Shown here in pieces: positions 50,375-59,993 of a stretch of 64,000 bases of DNA. The notes under the pieces were generated by a model that saw only the letters and a program-made list of their open reading frames with translations, did no database searches and had not been told where the DNA came from. Location: positions 1,984,001 through 2,048,000 of the forward strand of contig OY781066.1 of the NCBI GenBank assembly GCA_963676395.1. The letters are read 5' to 3'. The number at the start of each line of letters is the position of its first letter. Within the stretch, counting starts at the first letter, position 1. A program made the translations under genes and the position numbers. The DNA is from a bacterium (GTDB taxonomy: Bacteria; Fidelibacterota; Fidelibacteria; Fidelibacterales; Fidelibacteraceae).

Positions 50375-51598
50375 TTAATAAATTAAGTAATTTTCTCGAA
50401 GCTTTAGATAGGAGCTGATTTCATCTTTGTATGTTTCAATTATATCTTCCGCAGATGATCCTTTTGTAAACATCTCATAGGCTTGTCTGTTTCCCCAAAG
50501 TTTGTTCATCCATATTTGACGTGTAATTTTAAAATCTTTTGGATAAAGCTCTAAGAGAACATCAATTAAATGAATGCCAAACTCTAAGGATTTAAAGTTA
50601 ACGGGATCGGTGACGGTAAGAGCGACTCCATGACAGAGCGTACCATTATATTTGGGTTTGTAATAGGCATCCGGAGGAGAGGTAGGTGTATAGGATATTT
50701 CTTCGATCTTTATGCCTGGAATATTGCGTGCTTCTAGAGCAAGAACCAGCTCTTTGGAATCAACATAAGGCGCTCCAACCCATTCGAAAGGCTTTTCTGA
50801 GCCACGACCTTCGGAAAAATTTGTTGCTTCAAATAAGCAGGTTCCTGGGTAAACAAGCGCTTCATTGATATTGCGGATATTTGGCGAAGGATTGATCCAA
50901 TGTTGATTAGTGGCTGAATAAGGTTTATTTGGGTTCCAGCCTTTACATTTTATTATATGTAAATCCAGATCTTCAGCATAAGGAATCCATGCTTTGTCTT
51001 TTAGCATTGTTGCCAATTCACCAACCGTTAACCCATGTCGTATAGGAATAGGATAACGTCCTACACCGGAGTAGAATTCCTGTTCGATGATAGCACCTTC
51101 TGCGAGCCTTCCTATTGGATTGGGCCTATCTAATATATATACAGGTATATTGTTTTCAGCACCTGCTTCCATGGCATAACCCATGGTTGAGATATATGTA
51201 TAGAATCGCGCTCCAATATCTTGAATATCAAAGATCAATACATCTACATTTTTTAACATCTCTTTAGTTGGTTTATAGTTATTACCATAGAGACTATAGA
51301 TTGGGGCTCCTGTTTTTGTATCAATTCCATCTTTAACTAGCTCACCGGCATCTTCTATCCCTCTAAATCCATGTTCAGGACCAAAAATAGCCGAAACGGT
51401 AATTCCTGCGTCGTACATGAGATCAACCAGATGTTCACCTTTCTTGCTGACGGCGGTATGATTGGTAACAATTCCGACTTTTTTATCTTTAAATTCAGAA
51501 AAATTATTTTTAGTTGCGATATCCAATCCTAGTCCCAGTGAGCATGAAGCAAGGGTAAATACCATCAATACAATAAATAGACTGGTGATTTTTTTCAT
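50375..51598 (-). CDS. namZ: Exo-beta-N-acetylmuramidase NamZ family (DUF1343), lipoprotein
   Basis: FGPEHGFRG, FDIQDIGARFYTY, LDRPNP, RHGLTVGE, PSPN, SEGRG. Confidence 0.9.
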   Translation of the reverse strand: MKKITSLFIVLMVFTLASCSLGLGLDIATKNNFSEFKDKKVGIVTNHTAVSKKGEHLVDLMYDAGITVSAIFGPEHGFRGIEDAGELVKDGIDTKTGAPIYSLYGNNYKPTKEMLKNVDVLIFDIQDIGARFYTYISTMGYAMEAGAENNIPVYILDRPNPIGRLAEGAIIEQEFYSGVGRYPIPIRHGLTVGELATMLKDKAWIPYAEDLDLHIIKCKGWNPNKPYSATNQHWINPSPNIRNINEALVYPGTCLFEATNFSEGRGSEKPFEWVGAPYVDSKELVLALEARNIPGIKIEEISYTPTSPPDAYYKPKYNGTLCHGVALTVTDPVNFKSLEFGIHLIDVLLELYPKDFKITRQIWMNKLWGNRQAYEMFTKGSSAEDIIETYKDEISSYLKLRENYLIY

Positions 51599-51608
51599 AT
51601 TTTTCCTA

Positions 51609-52487
51609 TTATTTTTTTGAAAAGATTTTATTTACAAAACCGGATACCGAACCTGCTGAGCTGACAAAGCCTATTGCTGTACCTGTGCAAATGGTAATAA
51701 GTGCTACCAACTCATAAGTGTAGCGAGCAAAATCCAGCATTGAGAATGTGGTTTCGGCAAATTTATGTGCAAATACCAGGCATACAGTCGATAATATTCC
51801 TCCTATTAGTCCTTCAATTGCACCCTCTAGAATAAAGGGCATACGAACGAATAAATGACCGGCTCCCAGATTATTCATGATCTCGATCTGTTTCCTACGT
51901 GCGTAGACAGAAAGTTTTAAGGTGTTCCTGATCAAAAGATTCATAGCGATAAAAAGAATAATCAAAATGAATATGCCACTGACGGCAACCGCTTGTGTCA
52001 CGGTTTCAAGTTTTTCTATCAAAGCATGTCTATAATGTACTTCTTCAACACCGTTAATGTTTTGTACCTTTTGTCTGAATGCTTTTAAATAATCGGGTTT
52101 GTTAAAATGTTGATAAAGGGTGATCTCAAAACTGACAGGAAGTGGATTTTCGTCAAGAATTTCCATAATATCTTCCCCGAATTCCCGGTTGAATATCTCA
52201 GCAGCCATACTTTTAGTGATCAAGCGGACATTCTTGACTTCGGTAATTCCTTCTAACTGACCCTTGATGGTTCTGATCTTGCTGTCGCTGAGGTCATTTT
52301 TTAGATATACCTCAATTTGCATATTGTTTTTTAATTCATCCAGTTGATTAAAAAGAATAAATGATACTTCAAAGAGAGCAACTAAAATAGTCAAAGCAAT
52401 ACAAATGGTTAAAATTGTAGCTGTAACCGGAGTACGCTCACGCCAAAGATTCGAAAATGTCTGCCTTAAAATAAAAATTAATTTCAT
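51609..52487 (-). CDS. ftsX: Cell division permease-like protein
   Basis: ENPLP, IRNTLKLSVYARRKQIEIM..LGA...VRMPFILEG; follows ftsE. Confidence 0.92.
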   Translation of the reverse strand: MKLIFILRQTFSNLWRERTPVTATILTICIALTILVALFEVSFILFNQLDELKNNMQIEVYLKNDLSDSKIRTIKGQLEGITEVKNVRLITKSMAAEIFNREFGEDIMEILDENPLPVSFEITLYQHFNKPDYLKAFRQKVQNINGVEEVHYRHALIEKLETVTQAVAVSGIFILIILFIAMNLLIRNTLKLSVYARRKQIEIMNNLGAGHLFVRMPFILEGAIEGLIGGILSTVCLVFAHKFAETTFSMLDFARYTYELVALITICTGTAIGFVSSAGSVSGFVNKIFSKK

Positions 52488-53194
52488 TCGTCCTGCATGA
52501 GTATGTTAATTCGTCTTTTACTGGTATTAATGGTACGTCCGGGGGGCACTATTTGTCCCTGTTCCATGTATATACGCCTGTATTGAGTGTCCTTGATCAA
52601 ATCGTAGTCATGGGTAGCCATGATAATGGATGTACCGTTACGATTGATCCTTTCTAGAAGAGATAAAACATTTTTAGAAGCTTCTCTATCTAAATTTCCT
52701 GTGGGCTCATCTGCAATTAGTACAAAAGGATCTTTGACCATGGCTCTGGCGATGGCAACCCGTTGTTTTTCACCTAAACTTAACGTTGATGCCAGTTGAT
52801 CGGCTGCATGTAATAGGTTTACTTCATCCAATAGACCATATACTAATTTATTAATTTGAGATTTTTTATAAGATTCAATGATAAGCGGAAGTGCTACATT
52901 ATCAAATACATTCATGTTCTCAATTAAGCGGAAGTCTTGAAAAACAACTCCTATATGTCTGCGAAGAAAATTTATTTGTCGTGGAGTAATGTGTGACGAT
53001 ATCCAGCGATCTACAGAAACGATACCTCTATTGGGAAGCATTTCCATATAAATAAGTCGTAATAGTGAAGATTTGCCCGACCCCGTAGGTCCTAATAAAA
53101 GGGTAAAATCACCGTCGTGCAATTGAAGGTTGATATCCTTCAAGGCACCCGAGACCTGATTGTAATCTAATGTAACTTGTTTAAATTGGATCAT
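52484..53194 (-). CDS. ftsE: Cell division ATP-binding protein
   Basis: GPTGSGKS, VFQDFRL, GEKQRVAIARA, ADEPTGNLD, MATHD. Confidence 0.92.
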   Translation of the reverse strand: MIQFKQVTLDYNQVSGALKDINLQLHDGDFTLLLGPTGSGKSSLLRLIYMEMLPNRGIVSVDRWISSHITPRQINFLRRHIGVVFQDFRLIENMNVFDNVALPLIIESYKKSQINKLVYGLLDEVNLLHAADQLASTLSLGEKQRVAIARAMVKDPFVLIADEPTGNLDREASKNVLSLLERINRNGTSIIMATHDYDLIKDTQYRRIYMEQGQIVPPGRTINTSKRRINILMQDE

Positions 53195-53916
53195 CGCATT
53201 ATGACCAGCAGTCTGTTTGACATTTCATCAGCTTCGTCGAAGCTGAATTCTTCAAGAAATATAAAACTTCTGGATGGGAATTCCACGGAGAATTTTTCGA
53301 TTTCTTTAAAGTCAAAGATATGCTGAATATGCCGCTCATGATATGAGTGGCCGTCGGGATGAAAAATATATAGATCCGTATAAGAACGGCTGTTTTCAAT
53401 ATCATAGGTATTATGGCGCTTAAATGATATTCCGGCATCATTGGTATCTTCATAACCGGTATCATTAAAGTACTCTTTCATCACTCCGGGAAGTGCAAAA
53501 TCAAAGATATACGTTTGTCCTGCTTTCATGTGCTTATCCATGAAAATAATATGATCTCGAATCGCATTAAAATCTGAAATGTAATTTAATGCATCATGAA
53601 TATTAATATACAGTGATACATCTTTCATTGGCGGATGTAGCATGTTTCCAACTTGTAAATTTAGCTCAGGAAAGTTTTCTTTAGCTTGTTGGATCATTTG
53701 CTTTGAAATATCTATACCATATTTCTCTGCGGCAGGGAAAAGATGCAAAAAAGTTCCCGTTCCGCAAGATAGGTCATAGATCTTTTCAGTATCAAAATCA
53801 AATTCATCTGCAAGATCTAAAATATATTCGCACCAGCCGGGATAGTCGACTTCTTCCATTAAGCGGTCGTAGATCAACGAAGATTCTGTATAGGGAGGAA
53901 CGGCTTGATATTTCAT
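53191..53916 (-). CDS. Class I SAM-dependent methyltransferase
   Basis: YDRLM..VDY..W, DLSCGTG, GIDISKQM, DALNY. Confidence 0.85.
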   Translation of the reverse strand: MKYQAVPPYTESSLIYDRLMEEVDYPGWCEYILDLADEFDFDTEKIYDLSCGTGTFLHLFPAAEKYGIDISKQMIQQAKENFPELNLQVGNMLHPPMKDVSLYINIHDALNYISDFNAIRDHIIFMDKHMKAGQTYIFDFALPGVMKEYFNDTGYEDTNDAGISFKRHNTYDIENSRSYTDLYIFHPDGHSYHERHIQHIFDFKEIEKFSVEFPSRSFIFLEEFSFDEADEMSNRLLVIMR

Positions 53917-53917
53917 T

Positions 53918-54853
53918 TTAACGCAAGGTGTATGATAGGATAATAAAAAGAATGTATATTAGCAAGAATAGGGCTGCATGTCGGCGCTTGATACCTTTAC
54001 TGATAAATATGATAGGGAAGAGGGCGAGGGAAAAAAAGATCATAAAGGGAACTTCAAACCTGAATATTGAAACATCGATATCCAGTCCACGAACTGTTGC
54101 CGCACCTCCACCAACAAAGAACATATTAAACAGATTTGAACCAATGACATTACCGATGGAAATATCGGATTCTTGTTTGACTACGGCCATTACCGAGGCG
54201 GCTAATTCCGGAAGTGATGTACCTAAAGCTACAATGGTCATGCCAATCACCATTTCGGGTACTCCGAAATGTTCTGCGATCACGGTTGCACCTTCAATGA
54301 TCGCGCGGGAAGCAAGAATCAGTCCAACAATTCCACCAAGAGTGTATAGAATATTACGTACAATAGAATTGTCTGTTTTTGGCATTTCTTCGGGGATATC
54401 ATCATCTTTAGAAGAGCGTATAAGGTATACAACATAAATAACAATGATAAGTATGAACAACCATCCTTCCCATTGTGCGATACCGTTATATGCCATTAAG
54501 CAGAATACAAAGGAGCCGACAAGTAAAAAGAGTAACTGTTGGCGTATATGACCGTATTTGATGGCAATAGGTGCAATCAATCCGGAAACACCCAGAATAA
54601 GGCCGATATTAGCAACATTGGAGCCAATAATATTTCCAACGGATATATCGGAGACTCCTTTTAATACACCAAACATCGAAACCATGAATTCCGGCATGGA
54701 CGTACCGAAGGCAACAATTGTTAAACCAACAATTAGAGGTTTAACACCTAGGATTCTTGCAATATTGGCAGAACCTTTTACAAGAAATGTTGCACCAAAA
54801 TAAAGAAGAAGGACACCGGCAAAAAGAACGAATATACTGAGTGTGATCGACAT
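53918..54853 (-). CDS. Calcium/sodium antiporter (YrbG-like)
   Basis: Two alpha repeats GTSMPE/GTSLPE and GNIIGSN/GNVIGSN. Confidence 0.93.
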   Translation of the reverse strand: MSITLSIFVLFAGVLLLYFGATFLVKGSANIARILGVKPLIVGLTIVAFGTSMPEFMVSMFGVLKGVSDISVGNIIGSNVANIGLILGVSGLIAPIAIKYGHIRQQLLFLLVGSFVFCLMAYNGIAQWEGWLFILIIVIYVVYLIRSSKDDDIPEEMPKTDNSIVRNILYTLGGIVGLILASRAIIEGATVIAEHFGVPEMVIGMTIVALGTSLPELAASVMAVVKQESDISIGNVIGSNLFNMFFVGGGAATVRGLDIDVSIFRFEVPFMIFFSLALFPIIFISKGIKRRHAALFLLIYILFIILSYTLR

Positions 54854-54856
54854 ATT

Positions 54857-55444
54857 TTACCTATATAACTTATTCGCGAGAATATAGTCTTTTATTTTTT
54901 GGGGAACAAGCTCATCAATGTTCTTCTCTTCGGAAATTGCTTTTCGAATATCCGTCGAAGACACGTCAATTATATCTTCCTTGATAAAATGGATCTGTTT
55001 TCTAAATGGATGACTTTGTAGCATCCCGGCATTAATTTTCCCACTACGAGGAAGAACAATAAAATCACAATATTTAAAATGATCAGGATAACCCTTCCAC
55101 TGATGCAAATTATTGATATGATCATCACCTATGATCCAGTACAAATTATTATTGGGAAATTTGAGCTTGAAATAATGAAGCGTTTCTTCGGTATAAGAAA
55201 ATCCTTCTCGTTCGATCTCTACGAGTGAAACTTTTGCTCCGGGTATATCTTCACAGGCAATATTTAGCATTTTTATACGATGTTCATTCGAAGAATGGCG
55301 TGTTTTTCCTTTAAAAGGAGAATAAAAGGTGGGAATAAAGAACAAAGATTCCGCTAAGAATCTTTGTTTGATCTTTTTTGCAAAATTAATGTGTCCGGAA
55401 TGTACGGGGTCAAAGGATCCCCCATATAGACAAATATTATTCAT
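54857..55444 (-). CDS. nadD: Nicotinate-nucleotide adenylyltransferase
   Basis: GGSFDPVHSGH, SYTEETL, IIGDD, VSSTDIR. Confidence 0.93.
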   Translation of the reverse strand: MNNICLYGGSFDPVHSGHINFAKKIKQRFLAESLFFIPTFYSPFKGKTRHSSNEHRIKMLNIACEDIPGAKVSLVEIEREGFSYTEETLHYFKLKFPNNNLYWIIGDDHINNLHQWKGYPDHFKYCDFIVLPRSGKINAGMLQSHPFRKQIHFIKEDIIDVSSTDIRKAISEEKNIDELVPQKIKDYILANKLYR

Positions 55445-56217
55445 TCAGGCCATTCCAATGACATTTTCATTAGGTTATTAAAGATTAATAGTTTTGTTGC
55501 GCTAAGTTCATCTTTGTCAACTTTAGATAGTGCCGCAATCATTTCTTCACGATTCAGTAATTTAGAATTACATGTTGCGATATCAAGATAGGTTTCATTG
55601 ATAATATTGGTATCATAATAAGAATCCAAAATTTCCTGAAAAGTAACAATCGCTGCGTTCCATTCTCTTAGAACCATATACAAGTTTCCGGCTTCATAGA
55701 TTTTCTTGGCTAAACCTGTACGAAGGTCTTTAATACGTGTTTCAGCCAGCTCTCGTCTTTCACTGAATGGATATTCATCTATGAAATCCTGATAGGCAAG
55801 AATGGCTTTATCTATAGATGACTGATCGCGTTGATATCCCGGACTGTTATTAAAATAACATTCGGCAATGTTAAAGCGAGTTTCTTCGTAAAGATCACTT
55901 TCAGGCCAGCGACGAAGTAAGGATTGGAATTCATCAATAGCTACGATGTATTCTTTCATTTTGAAATGTGATGAAGCAAGATAGAATTGTGCATCATCGC
56001 CAATATCTGAACCGGGAGCGTTAAAGACCACAAAATTGAAGTCTTCAAGACTTTGGTAGTACTTTTTATTTTCAAAAGCTGTAACACCGTCTTCGAATCG
56101 TTCTAAATAAGTTTTTTCTCTGGGAGCTTCTCCTTTGTTTGCTCCCTCTTTAGAAGAAGAACAACTTGATAGCAGTACCAGAAGTGTGAGTGAAAGTGTA
56201 ATAATGTTTCGTTTCAT
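55441..56217 (-). CDS. bamD: Outer membrane protein assembly lipoprotein
   Basis: LSSC lipobox, TPR repeats, RDQS...AI..YQ.FI.EYP.S. Confidence 0.88.
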   Translation of the reverse strand: MKRNIITLSLTLLVLLSSCSSSKEGANKGEAPREKTYLERFEDGVTAFENKKYYQSLEDFNFVVFNAPGSDIGDDAQFYLASSHFKMKEYIVAIDEFQSLLRRWPESDLYEETRFNIAECYFNNSPGYQRDQSSIDKAILAYQDFIDEYPFSERRELAETRIKDLRTGLAKKIYEAGNLYMVLREWNAAIVTFQEILDSYYDTNIINETYLDIATCNSKLLNREEMIAALSKVDKDELSATKLLIFNNLMKMSLEWPE

Positions 56218-56228
56218 AATATCCCAAT

Positions 56229-57017
56229 TTAAAATGTCACATTGACCCCTGTTTGTATACCGGCGCTTCCGTTTGGCCGGATGATGGGGATCGCCTCTAA
56301 TGTAAGCAAAATATCTTGATTTCCATTGTCTTTCTTTAGTCGGAAACCAGCATCAATTGCAGATATGAAATGATTTAAAAAGATGGCTGTTCCGCAATAT
56401 GTACTTATTTCCAATAATTTGTTGGCTGCTCGTCTCATGGCGGCATATTCATACTGAAGTTCGGAGTAGCGAGCATAAATACCGTGATCCGGATCACTCA
56501 GGGACTCTTCTCCGGCTACCCAATCATCCCAACCTTGCATAAACTGTTGATATTTTCCGATATTTTCGTAAAAGTGATAATCCTTTCCTATGCTAAGGCT
56601 GGCGTAACCATCATTGATATCAGCTATCATTTGTGTATATTCAGCCGGCACTTGCGGCGAGTATGAGCGCCAATCTACATATACTGTTGAAGTATGTGTG
56701 GTGGGATGGATATTTGGATCATAAACCGCCAACCAATTTTCTACATGCCAGTTTTCATCGGCAAATAATTCATAGTCGATGACCCCTTGGTCGCCGACTT
56801 GTCTGAAGTAGATTGTACCAGCGATAGCGGCAGCTTCAAGTCCAAGATACAAGGCTCCCATCCAAGGTTTTTCGGCATATATTTGTCCGGCTCCGGGAAG
56901 TAAAGCGGATAAAGCAATACCCAAAGGAATAGATTTTGAATTAGATTCGATCTTTTCGGGGATTTGAGCCTGAAGGGCAAAACAAAGAATTAGCAAAAGT
57001 GTTAAGAATTTCTTCAT
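56229..57017 (-). CDS. Hypothetical membrane/secreted protein (DUF5683-like)
   Basis: SALLPGAGQIY and NHFISAIDA motifs; C-terminal Phe. Confidence 0.7.
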   Translation of the reverse strand: MKKFLTLLLILCFALQAQIPEKIESNSKSIPLGIALSALLPGAGQIYAEKPWMGALYLGLEAAAIAGTIYFRQVGDQGVIDYELFADENWHVENWLAVYDPNIHPTTHTSTVYVDWRSYSPQVPAEYTQMIADINDGYASLSIGKDYHFYENIGKYQQFMQGWDDWVAGEESLSDPDHGIYARYSELQYEYAAMRRAANKLLEISTYCGTAIFLNHFISAIDAGFRLKKDNGNQDILLTLEAIPIIRPNGSAGIQTGVNVTF

Positions 57018-57025
57018 AGTTTACC

Positions 57026-59992
57026 TTAAAAATCAAAGAGGACCGTCCAGTAGAACCTGAAATTATGTCCAATTGTTTTGGTTATATCAAATTCATCATA
57101 TTGTATCATATCCATGGCATAAACAAGATCAAAACTTAAGGCTAATGGGAAACCATACCATGAATGACCGGCAATCCTTGCCTGGATACCTATATCTTGT
57201 TTCCAGTCGGGTGCCGAAAGTCCCCAAGTCCACGCATCCCCAATTTGATGATAGATACCAAAATATAAGCTTTCGAGTGAGAAAGGTTCAAAATTGATAC
57301 CCAGACGTTTTGAAATTGGGAATCTTAGTGTGGAGGTTAAAATGGCTTTGTGTGTTCCTTCAATCGTGTAGTAGGGGTAACCTTTTAAACCCGGTAATCC
57401 ACCTGCAAAGTAGTTAAAGAAAGAATCAACTTTGGTATTGGTCATTAAGCCGATATTAAGATTAAATGAAAGTGCGGAATGCTTGGTCCCGGGAATGGGA
57501 ATGAAGTAATCGGCATCAAGGTCAAATCGAGGCGTGTAATGCTTGTTGTAGACTTCCAACACCGTACCATAATCTTCAGAAACTCTAAAGCCATCAATAA
57601 ATTTGTTGAAGTCATAGGCCATGACAAAGTTATTAATTCTTAAACCTTTTGTGGGTGATATATTACTTTGCCAATGTGGGCGAGTAAAATCACTATGATA
57701 GCGAAATTCAAGACGTTGGCCGGTATAATAAGTACCCGGAGCAAATTTGATCAATTCATTGGTGCTTGTAAGAGTCCCATTTACTCGAGAAGTATATTGA
57801 CCATGAGTTCCTGTTATTTCAAAGTAATGTCTGTTTCGCCAAGTATAATTTATTCCAATTTGAACTTCTGATAAAGAAAATTTAATATCCTGTTTCATTT
57901 CTTCATAATCATTATACAGCACCGTATCATTTCTATTGAGACCAACCGCCATAACATCCAGGTATATCGTGGGCAAGAATTGGTTAAATTCAAGATGTGC
58001 CTGCAGGTCGTAATCACCACGGTAGTTTATATCGCCCAGCGCGAACAGACTTAATTTGTTTAATATCTCGTTTTGGAAAAGAATGATACCTCCTTTTAAG
58101 GCATCATAATCATATTGTAAAAAGGGGACAAAAAAGAGTTTTGAAAACTGATTTGTGTAGGGTATGGCTTCGCTAAGATCTTTTTCAGTGGCACTTTCTT
58201 GCATGAATGAGGGTAAGATATAATCTTTATAAATTGATGCTTCCCGAGAGATATTTGTAATTGTATCGATCTTATTTAGAGCAAATTTACCTGCTTTAAA
58301 TTGGGTGTAAGTTAATGAACCGTCTTTGGGATCGATAGCCGGGTACATAGCGGCACCGGTAATATTGGTGTGCAATTGTATATCAGTATTATCATTGATG
58401 CTTACGCTGTAAATATTAAATATTCCGGTTTTATCCGATGAATAATAAAGGGTGTTGCCATCGGGGCTTAGGTATGGACTGCGATTGTCATGCATGACAT
58501 CATAGACAAAGGGACTGATCTTAGCATTCGAAAGATCCAGTTGATAGATATCGCGTCCATGATTGAAAGCCATATCAAAATAGATATGTTTGCCCTCTTT
58601 ATCCGTTTGCATGATAAAGATCTGTTCACCATGAGAGAAATTTGTAAGATTGCTCATCAATGAATCGACAGCATTGTACTTGTATATATTATGAGTACCA
58701 TCATCTACTCGTATGATGTATAAATTTCCCTTAGTATCGCTTGCTACAGAATATACACGAGCATCATTGGTGAGTTTTTTTAATTTTTTATTCTCAAAAT
58801 CATAGGCCATCAGGTCAAACCAGGTGGAGCCATAGATATCAGATTTCTGACGCTGAGCAAAGAAGACCGTATCACCATCCGGTGACCATGCAACATTACC
58901 ACGGACACGGTTTTTTGAAATCAATTTTGTTTTTTCATTCTCCATAGTATAAAGGAAATTGAATGAAAGGTAATCAAATCCCTGACTTGATTGAAATACC
59001 ATTCTTTCGCCATTAGGTGAATAAGAAGCTAAAAAATTCCCCGGACCTTTATCATAAAGGGTTACCCCTTCGACGAGATTGTCCTTGATAGTGGCTGTTT
59101 TGTTTAAATAATCGGCTTTTAAATGGACAATGAAGTCTGCATATAGTTCTTTTCCTTGAATGCCTGTAACTTCTTTTAGTACCTTATTAAAGGTTATATT
59201 TATTTTATTACTGGCTGCTTGTGCAATCTTGTCATGAATGGATGGTCCATATAATTCAGCCAAATATCTGGCAAAGGCATAGCCGGTATTATATACCACT
59301 TCATTACCTATACCGGTATGACCGAAATGTCCGATATCACTCCAAGAAAGGATACGATCGTTTAAAATGTTTTCACGCAGGATCATATCACGTTGAGAAT
59401 CCCAGGTATCGTGTCCGGCTTTTTCATATTGATACTGAGCCACACCTTCTGCCCACCACATGGGAATAATGGAATTTGCAATAGGTAATGAACCAATACC
59501 TTTTGGGTATTCAAGAATAATGTTTTCTTTAATGGGTTTTTCTCTATCAAGATATTGGACATACAGCATAGGTATGCTCATAGGCAATTTCATCGAAGCA
59601 CCTAAAGATACAATATGCGAGAACTCGTGAGTAAGTACGTTCCACATCCATTGATGGTTGCCACGTAACTCAAATTCTAAAGGAGAAGCCCAAATTAGGA
59701 TCTTATTATCAAAGTAATAAGCACCGCCATTTGCATAATCATCCGTATCCTGAATGACAATTTGAGTTTTTTCTTTGGGTTCCCAGCCGTAAAGTCCGGT
59801 CACATGCGGATAAACCGATTCAGCCACCAACATTGCCTGTTGTACAGACCATTCGGTACCGGAATGATAATGATAAATAAAGTGTTCACTTTCCAGCGTT
59901 TTCCACTCAAGTTCCGGATGGTTTTGTGCGAACAAGGCTCCTGAAAGTGTCAGCAGTGTAAGAAGAATTAATGTGTGTATTCGTTTTAGCAT
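57026..59992 (-). CDS. Gluzincin-like metallopeptidase + PD40/TolB-like propeller + Omp85-like barrel protein
   Basis: HEFSH and WWAEGVAQY; YSPNG, WSPDG, LSPDG repeats; GGLPGLKGYP loop-6-like motif; terminal FDF. Confidence 0.8.
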   Translation of the reverse strand: MLKRIHTLILLTLLTLSGALFAQNHPELEWKTLESEHFIYHYHSGTEWSVQQAMLVAESVYPHVTGLYGWEPKEKTQIVIQDTDDYANGGAYYFDNKILIWASPLEFELRGNHQWMWNVLTHEFSHIVSLGASMKLPMSIPMLYVQYLDREKPIKENIILEYPKGIGSLPIANSIIPMWWAEGVAQYQYEKAGHDTWDSQRDMILRENILNDRILSWSDIGHFGHTGIGNEVVYNTGYAFARYLAELYGPSIHDKIAQAASNKINITFNKVLKEVTGIQGKELYADFIVHLKADYLNKTATIKDNLVEGVTLYDKGPGNFLASYSPNGERMVFQSSQGFDYLSFNFLYTMENEKTKLISKNRVRGNVAWSPDGDTVFFAQRQKSDIYGSTWFDLMAYDFENKKLKKLTNDARVYSVASDTKGNLYIIRVDDGTHNIYKYNAVDSLMSNLTNFSHGEQIFIMQTDKEGKHIYFDMAFNHGRDIYQLDLSNAKISPFVYDVMHDNRSPYLSPDGNTLYYSSDKTGIFNIYSVSINDNTDIQLHTNITGAAMYPAIDPKDGSLTYTQFKAGKFALNKIDTITNISREASIYKDYILPSFMQESATEKDLSEAIPYTNQFSKLFFVPFLQYDYDALKGGIILFQNEILNKLSLFALGDINYRGDYDLQAHLEFNQFLPTIYLDVMAVGLNRNDTVLYNDYEEMKQDIKFSLSEVQIGINYTWRNRHYFEITGTHGQYTSRVNGTLTSTNELIKFAPGTYYTGQRLEFRYHSDFTRPHWQSNISPTKGLRINNFVMAYDFNKFIDGFRVSEDYGTVLEVYNKHYTPRFDLDADYFIPIPGTKHSALSFNLNIGLMTNTKVDSFFNYFAGGLPGLKGYPYYTIEGTHKAILTSTLRFPISKRLGINFEPFSLESLYFGIYHQIGDAWTWGLSAPDWKQDIGIQARIAGHSWYGFPLALSFDLVYAMDMIQYDEFDITKTIGHNFRFYWTVLFDF

Positions 59993-59993
59993 A

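Noticed and set aside
53928..54803. Plus-strand ORFs of 169 and 81 aa
   Set aside because: Antisense shadows of the Ca/Na antiporter; the same applies to most short ORFs nested in long genes
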